From assembly GCA_020351775.1 (NCBI GenBank), contig CP070666.1:3418658-3482657 (forward strand): 64,000 nt of DNA, read 5' to 3'. Position numbers and translations under genes: made by a program. Every line of letters begins with the position of its first letter. Within the stretch, counting starts at the first letter, position 1. This DNA comes from Gemmatimonadota bacterium (GTDB lineage: Bacteria; Gemmatimonadota; Gemmatimonadetes; Gemmatimonadales; GWC2-71-9). This document shows, in pieces, positions 10,051 to 19,110 of the stretch. The notes beneath the pieces were generated by a model, which saw only the letters and a list, made by a program, of their open reading frames with translations, searched no databases and had not been told where the DNA came from.

Positions 10051-10376
10051 AACAGATTCCTATTCCCGAGCGGATCCACCGCGGTGCGCGAGAGATTGTG
10101 ATCACTTGGGATAAGAATCACACCGGCACCTACCCCGCGCGCGAACTGCGGCTCAGCTGCCAATGCGCTGCCTGCGTTGACGAGTTGACGCGTCTACCTC
10201 TGCTCGACGCCGACACGATCCGCGCAGATATCAGTCCCGTCGCGATGTCGCTCGTCGGAAATTACGCGATCAAGATTGAATGGAGTGACGGGCATGACAC
10301 GGGCATCTATGCGTTCGACTTGCTGCTCGCGTTGTGTCCGTGTCCCAAGTGCGCCGAGAGCCATGATCATGAGTGA
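10047..10376 (+). CDS. DUF971 (gamma-butyrobetaine hydroxylase N-terminal-like) protein
   Basis: ATGA overlap with the upstream dehydratase. Motifs ITWDKNHTGTYPARELRLSCQCAAC and IKIEWSDGHDTGIY are typical of DUF971. Confidence 0.75.
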   Translation: MKQIPIPERIHRGAREIVITWDKNHTGTYPARELRLSCQCAACVDELTRLPLLDADTIRADISPVAMSLVGNYAIKIEWSDGHDTGIYAFDLLLALCPCPKCAESHDHE

Positions 10377-10444
10377 ACGCGGCACACTGGCCGACCCTGT
10401 CATCATGGAGCGGCGCATCAAACACCTCCGAGGAGGCGACGAAC

Positions 10445-11110
10445 GTGAGCCTTACCGACGAACTGTTTGAGACGGCTAAGCCCATCTGGGACGCGCAACT
10501 GCAGCACCCGTTCGTCACGGGCCTCGCCAACGGCTCGCTCGAGATCGAGCGGTTCAGCCGGTGGGTGTTGCAGGACTATCTATACCTCAAGGAATTCGCC
10601 CGCGTCTTTGCATGGGCGGCTGCGAAGAGCGATAGTCTCGCCGCGATGAGCTGGTATGCCAAGGTCCTGGACCTGACGCTCAATACGGAGATGGCGCTGC
10701 ACCGGGCATACGCGGAGCGCTTCGGCATTTCTGCGGCTCGACTGGAGGAAGAGACGATGTGGCCGACGACGCGGGCTTACACCGATTTCCTGGTGCGCAC
10801 CGCTGCGGACGGTGACATGCCCGATCTGTTGGCGACGCTGCTACCATGTGCTTGGGGCTATGTCTACGTGGCGCGTCGGCTGGCACAGGGTGCCGCACCG
10901 CCGGATGAACGCTATGCGGAGTGGATCGATCAATACGCGTCAGACGAGTTCGCCGATGCAGCCGATTGGCTCAAGGCAGAACTCAATCGGACAGCAGCAG
11001 TTGTCACGCCTACGAAGAAGCAACGGCTCACCGAACTCTTCCTGACGTCGAGCCGCTACGAGTGGCAGTTCTGGGAGATGTGTTGGACTGGGGAAGAGTG
11101 GGGGGTATAA
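10445..11110 (+). CDS. tenA: TenA-family aminopyrimidine aminohydrolase (thiaminase II)
   Basis: GTG start 8 nt after GAGGAGG. Motifs LQHPFVTGLANGSLEIERFSRWVLQDYLYLKEF and the C-terminal YEWQFWEM. The frame is open from 10373. Confidence 0.8.
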   Translation: MSLTDELFETAKPIWDAQLQHPFVTGLANGSLEIERFSRWVLQDYLYLKEFARVFAWAAAKSDSLAAMSWYAKVLDLTLNTEMALHRAYAERFGISAARLEEETMWPTTRAYTDFLVRTAADGDMPDLLATLLPCAWGYVYVARRLAQGAAPPDERYAEWIDQYASDEFADAADWLKAELNRTAAVVTPTKKQRLTELFLTSSRYEWQFWEMCWTGEEWGV

Positions 11111-11353
11111 ATGTCTGTGCCGGAGGTGCACCCCACCGCACTCGCCGACCGATTCACTATCGAGCGCGTGGTGGGTCGCGGGGGTATGGCCACCGTCTAC
11201 CTGGCACGAGATGTCAAGCACAATCGGCGGGTCGCACTGAAGGTTCTGTGCCCTGAACTGGCCGCGTCACTCGGCATAGATCGCTTTCTCGGGGAAATCA
11301 ACGGCCGGGGCGCCCCGGTTTCAGCAGCCGGGGCGCCACCTGATGTGCATTAA
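11111..11353 (+). pseudogene. N-terminal stub of a Ser/Thr protein kinase (subdomains I-III only)
   Basis: RFTIERVVGRGGMATVYLARDVKHNRRVALKVL...RFLGEI, after which the sequence diverges into a GC palindrome and stops. No HRD or DFG motifs. Confidence 0.7.
11309..11337. terminator. GC-rich hairpin between convergent genes (candidate bidirectional terminator)
   Basis: The arms ggcgccccgg (11309-11318) and ccggggcgcc (11328-11337) are perfect reverse complements with a 9-nt loop. It lies 13 nt past the S9 peptidase stop. The minus-strand side is followed by a modest T-rich run. Confidence 0.45.
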
Positions 11354-14172
11354 GGAACCTGACTCGGTGGTGTCTCAGCCTTCTTGCTCCGGTTTTTCTT
11401 TGCCTTCTCCTGATCGAGGAACGACACACCCTGCTTGACCCAGTCGGGTGCCGGCTCCCCTTTGAGGTAGTGCCCGAACCACTCCACTATTCTATTGTGG
11501 TAATCGATCTGATTGGCTTTTTGACTGTTGCCGTGGTTCTCTCCCTCATAAACCAGCATCACGAAATCCTTGCCGGCCCGGCGCGCCGCGTTGTAGTACT
11601 CCACACCCTGATTGAAATCGACGGCACCGTCCTCGGTCCCATGCGCCAGCAGCAGCGGCGTATTGAGCTGCTCGACATGGAACACCGGTGAGTTTGCGAT
11701 GTAGGCCTCTACATCCTCCCAGAACGGCACCTCCATCCGTCCCTGGCTGATCTCGAAGATCCGGGCGTCAGTGCTGCCGGTATTCCAGTACACCGACAGG
11801 TACATGCTCACCAAATTCGTCAGCGGTGCACCTGCCGCAGCGGCAGCAAACATGTTGGTCTGAGTGACGGTGAACGCGGTCTGATAACCTCCCCACGAAT
11901 GGCCGGTCAGCCCTACGCGGTCTGGATCCACCATCCCCGTCTCAAGCACCTTCTGCACCGCCGGTTCGATCGCCGCTACGGCCGACAAACCGGGATTGCG
12001 ATCACGGTACACGATGTCCGGCTGCAGCACGAAGTATCCTTGAGATGTGAACACAGCGGTGTTGTACGCACTGCGATCAGAGGGCACGTAATAAGTGTGC
12101 ACTGTAGGCGACCTGATCTCATAGATATAGACGATCATCGGGTACTGCCGTGCCGGCTGGTAATCCGCCGGATAAAACAGCGCGCCCTGCAAGCGCTTGC
12201 CCCATTCGGTCTCGTATTCAATCAGCGCGGAACGGCCCCAGGCAAAGTCACTCTGAAATGGATTCGTCTGGGTGACCTGCCTTGAGTCCGACAAATCCGG
12301 ACCTGCGCAGAAGTAGTCGGGTGAGTCATCAAAGTCCTGAACCATGTACGCATACACCTCGGCGTCCTTGGCTTTGACCAGCCGGCTCACGTTGGCATCC
12401 AGTGCCACGAGCTGCTCGGTCTCCCTGCCCCTGCGTAATCGCGCATAGCCGTACTGTTTGCTCCACTCACCATAAGTGCTGAAGTACAGCGGTTGCGCCA
12501 TGTCAATGAATTCTTCGTCGGGATCGAGCCGGGTTCGGCGGTATCGGATCTGGTCCTCTGCACCGTTCGTGAGTCGCGTCGCCCCGGCGCCACGCGGATC
12601 GACCTGCCATACATCGTACTTGTCGTAGATCAGTATGTAGCGATCGTCCTCCGTCCAACCGGCAAACCGGAACGGTGGCTTCTGCTCCACCGTGTGATCG
12701 TCTTCGATATCGACAAACGACGTCGGGACATCTTCCGTGATGTTCGTGTGGCGTCCAGTACGAAAGTGATACGTCCAATAGTGATCATCCATCAGATAAA
12801 GCAGGTAGTTGCCGCCAGAACTGGGTCCGAAGTTGTACTGCACTCGCTTCTTCATCTCGGAGGCCGCCCCGGTTGATGCGTCTATCACGTAGAGGTCCCG
12901 GTAGACGGGTCCGAACATCCGCTCATTCTCATAGGGCGTCTGATCAGTGCCAACCGCGAGCTGATCGCCCTCGACTAGCGTAACATCTTCCGTCAGCTCG
13001 GTGCCGAGTTGCACGAAGCGATCTTCCCTCACGTGCCACGCAGCCAAGAAGTTCTTCTCGCGGTCACGGTTCGCGTTCACCTTCTGCTGCGGATAGAGGT
13101 CCACGTCCGCCGCGTGCCAGATCTGGACCGTGCTGGGCTTCTCGTCGTCGGCTTCGGCCTGCGGTTTCGCTGCCGTCGAATCGTAGGCTGACTCAGTGGA
13201 GTCAGCAGCTGTGTCAGGCCTAAGCTCGCGATCCTTGATTCCGAAGAACACTGTTTCACCATCGTCCGACCAGCGCAGCCTGCGGAAGCTCACTATCCGC
13301 ATGTCGCTCGGGAAGCCCGCAGCCGAATCGGGGTCGAAGATGTGTTTTCGGCCATCGCGGCCGGCCAGCCCGGCCCAGGCCAGAATCACGTGGGTCGAGT
13401 CCTCGTACCTGTCGTCACCCCGAACCTGTAACACAGCAAGCTCGTCATCCTCTGGTTTCCAGGTGAGCCCCGTGTACCGCGCAGTACGGGAGTCGAGTGT
13501 CCGGAGCACGCCAGTGGTGGGATCGAAAACCTGCACGCCGTTGCCGGCCTCGCCCGCGGCATCCACCAACATCGCGAGCAATGTGCCCTCTTCCTGCCAG
13601 GCGAACTCAGAGACGTTCCCAAAGTTGATATCCAGTCCGCTGCTCAGCGTCCGGACCACGACGTCCACACCCTTGGCCTTGCGATCGTTCGCACCCTCCG
13701 GCGCATATCGGCGCATCGCCAGATACGCGCCGTCATCCGAGAACGTGAACGCGGCCACATCGGCGATGACGACGCTGTCGCCAGTCACGAGATTGCGCAG
13801 CCCGAGTTTGTTGCGCACCGGCTCCTTCTGCTCCTCAAGCTTCTCGCGCTCCTCCTCGCTCACCCCGATCGAGTAGGCCAACCAGCGGCTGTCCTCCGAG
13901 AACGCCGCGTTGGCTCCGTACGGGACAACGATCAACTCATCGCCATCCAACCGGCGCACCCTCAGCTCAGTCTCCTCGTTGACCCGGCTTATGGGATACG
14001 CCATCCAATTACCGTCAGCGGAGAAGCGAGCCATCCCAAGTCGCTCCCATTGACCGTAGTCATCGGATGTGATCGGTCGCTTCCCGTCCGTTGATTGTGC
14101 TTGCAGTGAGAAGTTGAAGGCAGCGATTGCCACCATATAGACAAGAGCCCTTGCGATGGGGCGCAGATACAT
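11350..14172 (-). CDS. S9-family serine peptidase (prolyl oligopeptidase/dipeptidyl peptidase type) with an N-terminal beta-propeller
   Basis: 940 aa with a signal peptide. Long propeller region, nucleophile elbow GHSWGGYQ, and a C-terminal hydrolase region with GTEDGAVD and H. Confidence 0.9.
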   Translation of the reverse strand: MYLRPIARALVYMVAIAAFNFSLQAQSTDGKRPITSDDYGQWERLGMARFSADGNWMAYPISRVNEETELRVRRLDGDELIVVPYGANAAFSEDSRWLAYSIGVSEEEREKLEEQKEPVRNKLGLRNLVTGDSVVIADVAAFTFSDDGAYLAMRRYAPEGANDRKAKGVDVVVRTLSSGLDINFGNVSEFAWQEEGTLLAMLVDAAGEAGNGVQVFDPTTGVLRTLDSRTARYTGLTWKPEDDELAVLQVRGDDRYEDSTHVILAWAGLAGRDGRKHIFDPDSAAGFPSDMRIVSFRRLRWSDDGETVFFGIKDRELRPDTAADSTESAYDSTAAKPQAEADDEKPSTVQIWHAADVDLYPQQKVNANRDREKNFLAAWHVREDRFVQLGTELTEDVTLVEGDQLAVGTDQTPYENERMFGPVYRDLYVIDASTGAASEMKKRVQYNFGPSSGGNYLLYLMDDHYWTYHFRTGRHTNITEDVPTSFVDIEDDHTVEQKPPFRFAGWTEDDRYILIYDKYDVWQVDPRGAGATRLTNGAEDQIRYRRTRLDPDEEFIDMAQPLYFSTYGEWSKQYGYARLRRGRETEQLVALDANVSRLVKAKDAEVYAYMVQDFDDSPDYFCAGPDLSDSRQVTQTNPFQSDFAWGRSALIEYETEWGKRLQGALFYPADYQPARQYPMIVYIYEIRSPTVHTYYVPSDRSAYNTAVFTSQGYFVLQPDIVYRDRNPGLSAVAAIEPAVQKVLETGMVDPDRVGLTGHSWGGYQTAFTVTQTNMFAAAAAGAPLTNLVSMYLSVYWNTGSTDARIFEISQGRMEVPFWEDVEAYIANSPVFHVEQLNTPLLLAHGTEDGAVDFNQGVEYYNAARRAGKDFVMLVYEGENHGNSQKANQIDYHNRIVEWFGHYLKGEPAPDWVKQGVSFLDQEKAKKNRSKKAETPPSQVP

Positions 14173-14263
14173 CGTGAACCTCCAGCGATAGTTACGGTGA
14201 TGATCGCCGGAAGTTAGGGCAGGTCATGGTCGGGTGCAAACAGTCAGCGCGCTCAACCCGGCA

Positions 14264-14926
14264 TCACGGCTGCTCCTTGTAACCTCCTGCATAGGTCATC
14301 ACACACACAATGCCGTATCCCGAGTGCGGCCCGCACGCGACCCCGACCACCCGGAGCTCGGGATTCAGAATGTTCGCTCGGTGACTGCGTTCGGGGACAC
14401 CGTCGTCGACCAGCAGCTGTGTGACGACGTCCCGGGCCGTGTCATAGCCGTACGCGACGTTCTCAGCGATTGCCGCCTCCCAGTCACCATATCTGTCTAC
14501 CCGGTCCCACGGCTGGCTGCCATCTGAGCCCAGGTGGCCCGTTCGGCCTGTCCGCCCTTGGTCCGCAACGAGATCCCGCGCTCCTAGGGACATGCCTCTG
14601 GATACACCGACCGGCGGCAGTGGCACTGTTGCCTCAAGTAGGTGCACGGCCTCGTCGACGGCCGCGATTCCCTCTTCAGTCTCGCGCACTGAACTATCGG
14701 TCAACTGGTACAGCAAGCCGTCGAATCGCGGCTTGAGGTCCCGCAGGAATCTCGCATACCCGGCGGGATCGGATCGCACCCGGTTGTGCTCGCGTACGAT
14801 CCCCCGCTCCAACTCCGACAGGTACTCGAGTGAGTCGGCCTGTGCGAACCCAACGGCCGGGAGCAGGACCAGGGCCGGGATCAGAAGCAGGAAGGCAAAT
14901 AGCGCCAGTCGCTCAGCGCCAATCAC
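14264..14926 (-). CDS. CAP/SCP/PR-1-like secreted protein
   Basis: Signal peptide. Motifs EHNRVRSDP and GENVAYGY...HRANILNPELRVVGVAC are characteristic of bacterial SCP domains. Confidence 0.8.
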   Translation of the reverse strand: MIGAERLALFAFLLLIPALVLLPAVGFAQADSLEYLSELERGIVREHNRVRSDPAGYARFLRDLKPRFDGLLYQLTDSSVRETEEGIAAVDEAVHLLEATVPLPPVGVSRGMSLGARDLVADQGRTGRTGHLGSDGSQPWDRVDRYGDWEAAIAENVAYGYDTARDVVTQLLVDDGVPERSHRANILNPELRVVGVACGPHSGYGIVCVMTYAGGYKEQP

Positions 14927-15192
14927 TGCACTTCAGACTCCACCGACTTCCAGTTCCACCACTTGAGCAGTTCGGGATCGTGGGCCGCGTGGCTCGCGAA
15001 GTAAACCGCGCAGCGAAACACGTAGAGAACACAGCGGTCTACCTGTGTTCCTCGCAGGATGCAGAGTTTGTCATACATCGACTCGGGATCCTGACCCGCG
15101 AGGTCCGGGACGCGCTCGAAGCCCAGGTCCCTCAAGTCCAACGCTATGCTCGGGCCGACCCCAGGGATCGACTCAAGATCGTGTCGTTGCAT
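14923..15192 (-). CDS. helix-hairpin-helix domain protein (Cdd1 / pathogenicity-locus-like)
   Basis: 89 aa. LESIPGVGPSIALDLRDLGF is an HhH motif. Overlaps the downstream CAP gene by 4 nt. Confidence 0.55.
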   Translation of the reverse strand: MQRHDLESIPGVGPSIALDLRDLGFERVPDLAGQDPESMYDKLCILRGTQVDRCVLYVFRCAVYFASHAAHDPELLKWWNWKSVESEVQ

Positions 15193-15220
15193 GGTCCCCC
15201 CAAATGGAAACGCGTGAAAC

Positions 15221-15811
15221 CTACCGCGATGAGACGTGCGGGAAAAACCGCGGGACGCGCTCGCAGTATTGTACGTATTCGTCTCCGAATCGGTTCCGCA
15301 GTTCCTTCTCCTCCAGCAGCACCACCAAGTAGAGCGCGGCTGCGCTGATCACGACCAGCAGGTACATGGCGAGGTAGTTGGTGAACAACGCCACCGCCGA
15401 CACGCCGAACATGAAGCTCACGTAGCGTGGGTGTCTGATTCGCGCGTAGATGCCCTGGTGCAGCAGCCGTCCGCCGGCACTGCTGGGCTGCAGTTCTGGG
15501 ACTCCCGCGAGAATCCGAAACTTGAGGTGCTTGCGGCACTGCAGCTGGATCACGATCGCCACGGCGTATAGCACACCTGCCAGCACGATCAGGGGCATAC
15601 TGGTCCCGAACTCCGTCACCAGGATCCGGTCTTTGAGCAGGTAGGCGCCGACGCCCAGGAGTATGGAGATGAGCGTCAGTAGCGAATAGGCCAGCTTCAG
15701 TCCCAGCCTGCGCCAGAAATCCACGAAGGGGTGAATGATCAACCAGTAGGGGACCGCGTAGCTCACACCCACCAACATCACGATGGCCACAACGTAGCGT
15801 GCCGTGTTCAT
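15221..15811 (-). CDS. isoprenylcysteine carboxyl methyltransferase (ICMT)/phospholipid methyltransferase family membrane protein
   Basis: Multi-TM protein. C-terminal signature GIYARIRHPRY...LLEEKELRNRFGDEYVQYCERVPRF. Confidence 0.8.
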   Translation of the reverse strand: MNTARYVVAIVMLVGVSYAVPYWLIIHPFVDFWRRLGLKLAYSLLTLISILLGVGAYLLKDRILVTEFGTSMPLIVLAGVLYAVAIVIQLQCRKHLKFRILAGVPELQPSSAGGRLLHQGIYARIRHPRYVSFMFGVSAVALFTNYLAMYLLVVISAAALYLVVLLEEKELRNRFGDEYVQYCERVPRFFPHVSSR

Positions 15812-16008
15812 GGTAAGCAGTCACATTAGGGTGTAGGATAAATGGAATTAGGGAAAGCTAAACTCGAACAGAGTATGTGTCAATTTGAGTTGCGGCCAGG
15901 GCCGACCCGCACAGGAGTCGAACTGCTGCACAAGATGTCTGGGTTGCCCCTGGTTAGTTTACGCAGATGTCTGGTCGACTTGGCAGCCGCCTTTTCCCCG
16001 AGGAAGCA

Positions 16009-18174
16009 ATGAGCACACGTAGCCGTTATCTCCTGGGCCTAGGGCCCATCCTGCTGCTCTCATCCGCCTGCGCGCCGTCCGGTGGCGCTCCAGTTCCCGA
16101 GCCGGTAGCGCCGGTCGCCGCACCACCAGACACTGTGGTGGTCGAGGTCACTCCTGCAGATGCGATCCTAGAACCGGGGCGGTTCGATACCGGCAAGATG
16201 TGGACATTCGAGAATCCGCCACTCGAATACTTCGCCGAGCAATACGATTTTCGACCGAGCGCGGAGTGGTTGGACCACGTGCGGCTGTCCTCCCTGCGGC
16301 TGCCGAACTGCACAGCCTCCTTCGTGTCGTCCGACGGTCTCGTCTTGACCAACCATCACTGCGCCCGGGAGGCGGCGACTGCCGCATCGCGTGACGGGGA
16401 GGATCTGCTCGAGTCCGGATTCTATGCCCCAACCCTGGCGGAGGAGCGGCGAGTTCCGGATTTGTATGTGGATCAGCTGGTGGAGCTGCGCGATGTTACG
16501 GATCTGGTTGAGGCCGCCGTGACGGCGATGATGGCCGAGGACGCCGAGATGCAGGCACGTGAGGCCAGACAGGAGTCGGTCGCCGACAGTACCAGCCAGG
16601 CCCTTGGTCTCGACTGCGAGGTTCAATCACTCTATAACGGCGGCAAGTACTCACTGTACTGCTACAGGCGCTACGATGACGTTCGCCTGGTGTTCATTCC
16701 AGAATTGGATATCGGTTATTTTGGCGGCGACCCCGACAACTTCACCTATCCGCGCTACGTGCTGGATGCCTCGTTCCTCCGCGTGTACGATGAAAGTGGC
16801 GAACCCTACAAGCCGGACAACCACTATGGCTGGAGCCGAAGCGGGGCGCGGGAAGGCGACGCAGTCTTCGTCGTCGGCAATCCGGGTTCGACGGAACGCC
16901 TCAATACGGTAGCGCAGCTGGAGTACAGCCGGGATTATGTCGAGCCCTTCTGGATCCGGCTGTATCAGAGCAGAGCTGATGCGCTGGCGCAATTCATGGA
17001 TCACCATCCCGACCAGCGGCCCGAGTACATCAACGATTACTTCAGCCACATGAACTCTCTCAAGCTATTCAAGGGGAGATACAAGGCGCTCCAAGACCCC
17101 GAGATCATGGGCCGCAAACGCGGATTCGAGCGGCAGTTCCGCGACGCCGTTAAGGCGGACCCGGACTTGCACGGACTGTACGGCAGCCTGTGGGATGAGG
17201 TCGCTCAGATCAGAGCTCAGATGTCGGCCCTGGCCCCGACACGCAACGGCCTCTGGTTCAGCGGCTCATTATGGTCTCAGACTCTCGGCACTGCCGCGGA
17301 CATGCTGCTGTACGCGTTCAGGGTGATGAATGGGATCGACGACGAAGTGACCGAGGATCTGCTTTCGGATCTCGAAGAACGAACCTTCAACACCGATCTT
17401 GACCGACACTTCCTCGAACTCCAGTTGCAGGACGCAGCCGAGTGGCTGGGCGACGACGACCCATTTGTGCGCGCCGCTCTTGCGGGGACGACGCCGAGTG
17501 AAGCAGCCCGGATGCTCGTCAACCAGGCAGTCGCGGTCACCGATCTGGAGCAGAGGAAGGCCCTACTCGGCAACCCGACTGCGATCTTGAACAGCCCAGA
17601 CCCAGCAGTCAGGCTCATGCGAGAGGCGCTCCCGCGATTCATCGATGCTGAACTGGCATTTCAGGAGTTGTCCACCACGGAGGAAGCCAAGGTGGCCAAG
17701 CTAGCGCGCGCCCTGTTCGAGGTTCAAGGAACCGCACTGGCCCCCGATGCCACTTTCACGCTCCGCATTGCCGACGGCGTGGTATCCTCGTACGACTACA
17801 ACGGGACCAAGGCACCGGCATTCACCACATTCTACGGACTGTACGACCGTCACTACTCGCACGCCGGCTCAGACGACTGGGCGCTTCCGGAACGTTGGCT
17901 CAATCCGCCCGCAGAGTTCGATCTCAGCACGCCGCTCAACATGGTTCATACCAACGACACTGTGGGCGGCAACTCCGGCAGCCCGCTGATCAGCATCGCC
18001 GGTGACGTCGTGGGTCTGCTGTTCGACGGCAACATAGAAAGCCTGTCAGGCGACTTCATCTACACCGATGAGGGGGCGCGTTCGGTTTCGGTCAAGGCTG
18101 AGGCGATCATCGAGGCTTTGCGCCATGTCTACGGTGCACAACGCATCGTCGACGAGTTACTCCGGGAGAATTAG
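16009..18174 (+). CDS. S46-family dipeptidyl-peptidase (DPP7/DPP11-like) lipoprotein
   Basis: ATG preceded by GAGGAAG. Lipobox LLSSAC. Catalytic His region NCTASFVSSDGLVLTNHHCA and catalytic Ser GGNSGSPL. The frame is open from 15967. Confidence 0.9.
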   Translation: MSTRSRYLLGLGPILLLSSACAPSGGAPVPEPVAPVAAPPDTVVVEVTPADAILEPGRFDTGKMWTFENPPLEYFAEQYDFRPSAEWLDHVRLSSLRLPNCTASFVSSDGLVLTNHHCAREAATAASRDGEDLLESGFYAPTLAEERRVPDLYVDQLVELRDVTDLVEAAVTAMMAEDAEMQAREARQESVADSTSQALGLDCEVQSLYNGGKYSLYCYRRYDDVRLVFIPELDIGYFGGDPDNFTYPRYVLDASFLRVYDESGEPYKPDNHYGWSRSGAREGDAVFVVGNPGSTERLNTVAQLEYSRDYVEPFWIRLYQSRADALAQFMDHHPDQRPEYINDYFSHMNSLKLFKGRYKALQDPEIMGRKRGFERQFRDAVKADPDLHGLYGSLWDEVAQIRAQMSALAPTRNGLWFSGSLWSQTLGTAADMLLYAFRVMNGIDDEVTEDLLSDLEERTFNTDLDRHFLELQLQDAAEWLGDDDPFVRAALAGTTPSEAARMLVNQAVAVTDLEQRKALLGNPTAILNSPDPAVRLMREALPRFIDAELAFQELSTTEEAKVAKLARALFEVQGTALAPDATFTLRIADGVVSSYDYNGTKAPAFTTFYGLYDRHYSHAGSDDWALPERWLNPPAEFDLSTPLNMVHTNDTVGGNSGSPLISIAGDVVGLLFDGNIESLSGDFIYTDEGARSVSVKAEAIIEALRHVYGAQRIVDELLREN

Positions 18175-18366
18175 CGAACCCCTCGGAGCACCTTGCCGAG
18201 TGACTCCGAATACACGGCTGCAGCGGCCGCATTCGAGTGGACTGGGTCCGATGGGCGCGCTGAGGCCAAGCGGGTACTAGCGAGGCGGTTGAGCTGATTA
18301 AGTTGCATTCCGGCGCGGAGCCGACCACGAGCAGCGAGGGCAGAGTGATTTGAGAGGATATCACCA

Positions 18367-18765
<399 letters not shown>

Positions 18766-18920
18766 TCCAGGCTCTACTAACCGGCGTCGACGGGCTACCT
18801 TACTGGGGTCTTCCCCTGGGAGGCAAAACGTCGGAAGAACACCATCAAACCCCGGCAACCTACTCGGCTGACGAAGCGAGAAGCATCAAGGAGGCGTTTG
18901 CCCAGGCCGAAACCCCCCTC

Positions 18921-19061
18921 ATGTGCCCCCGGTGCAACGCGGAGCTCCGTGTGAGCCCACCGGTACTGCGACAAGGCAGCACGCTGCAGGAGGTGTCCTG
19001 TCCATCCTGCAATCGGTGCGTGATCGCGCGCGGCCTCCCCGAGCGGCCAGCCACTTTCTGA
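18921..19061 (+). CDS. small zinc-ribbon protein (46 aa from the first ATG; untracked ORF)
   Basis: MCPRCNAELRVSPPVLRQGSTLQEVSCPSCNRCVIARGLPERPATF has two CxxC pairs. GC3-rich codon usage extends upstream to about 18858 with no canonical start there. No obvious SD before the ATG. Confidence 0.35.
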   Translation: MCPRCNAELRVSPPVLRQGSTLQEVSCPSCNRCVIARGLPERPATF

Positions 19062-19110
19062 CAGGCGCGGCGATACCCGCTATGGCCCTGAGCCGGAGCG
19101 TATTGACCAA

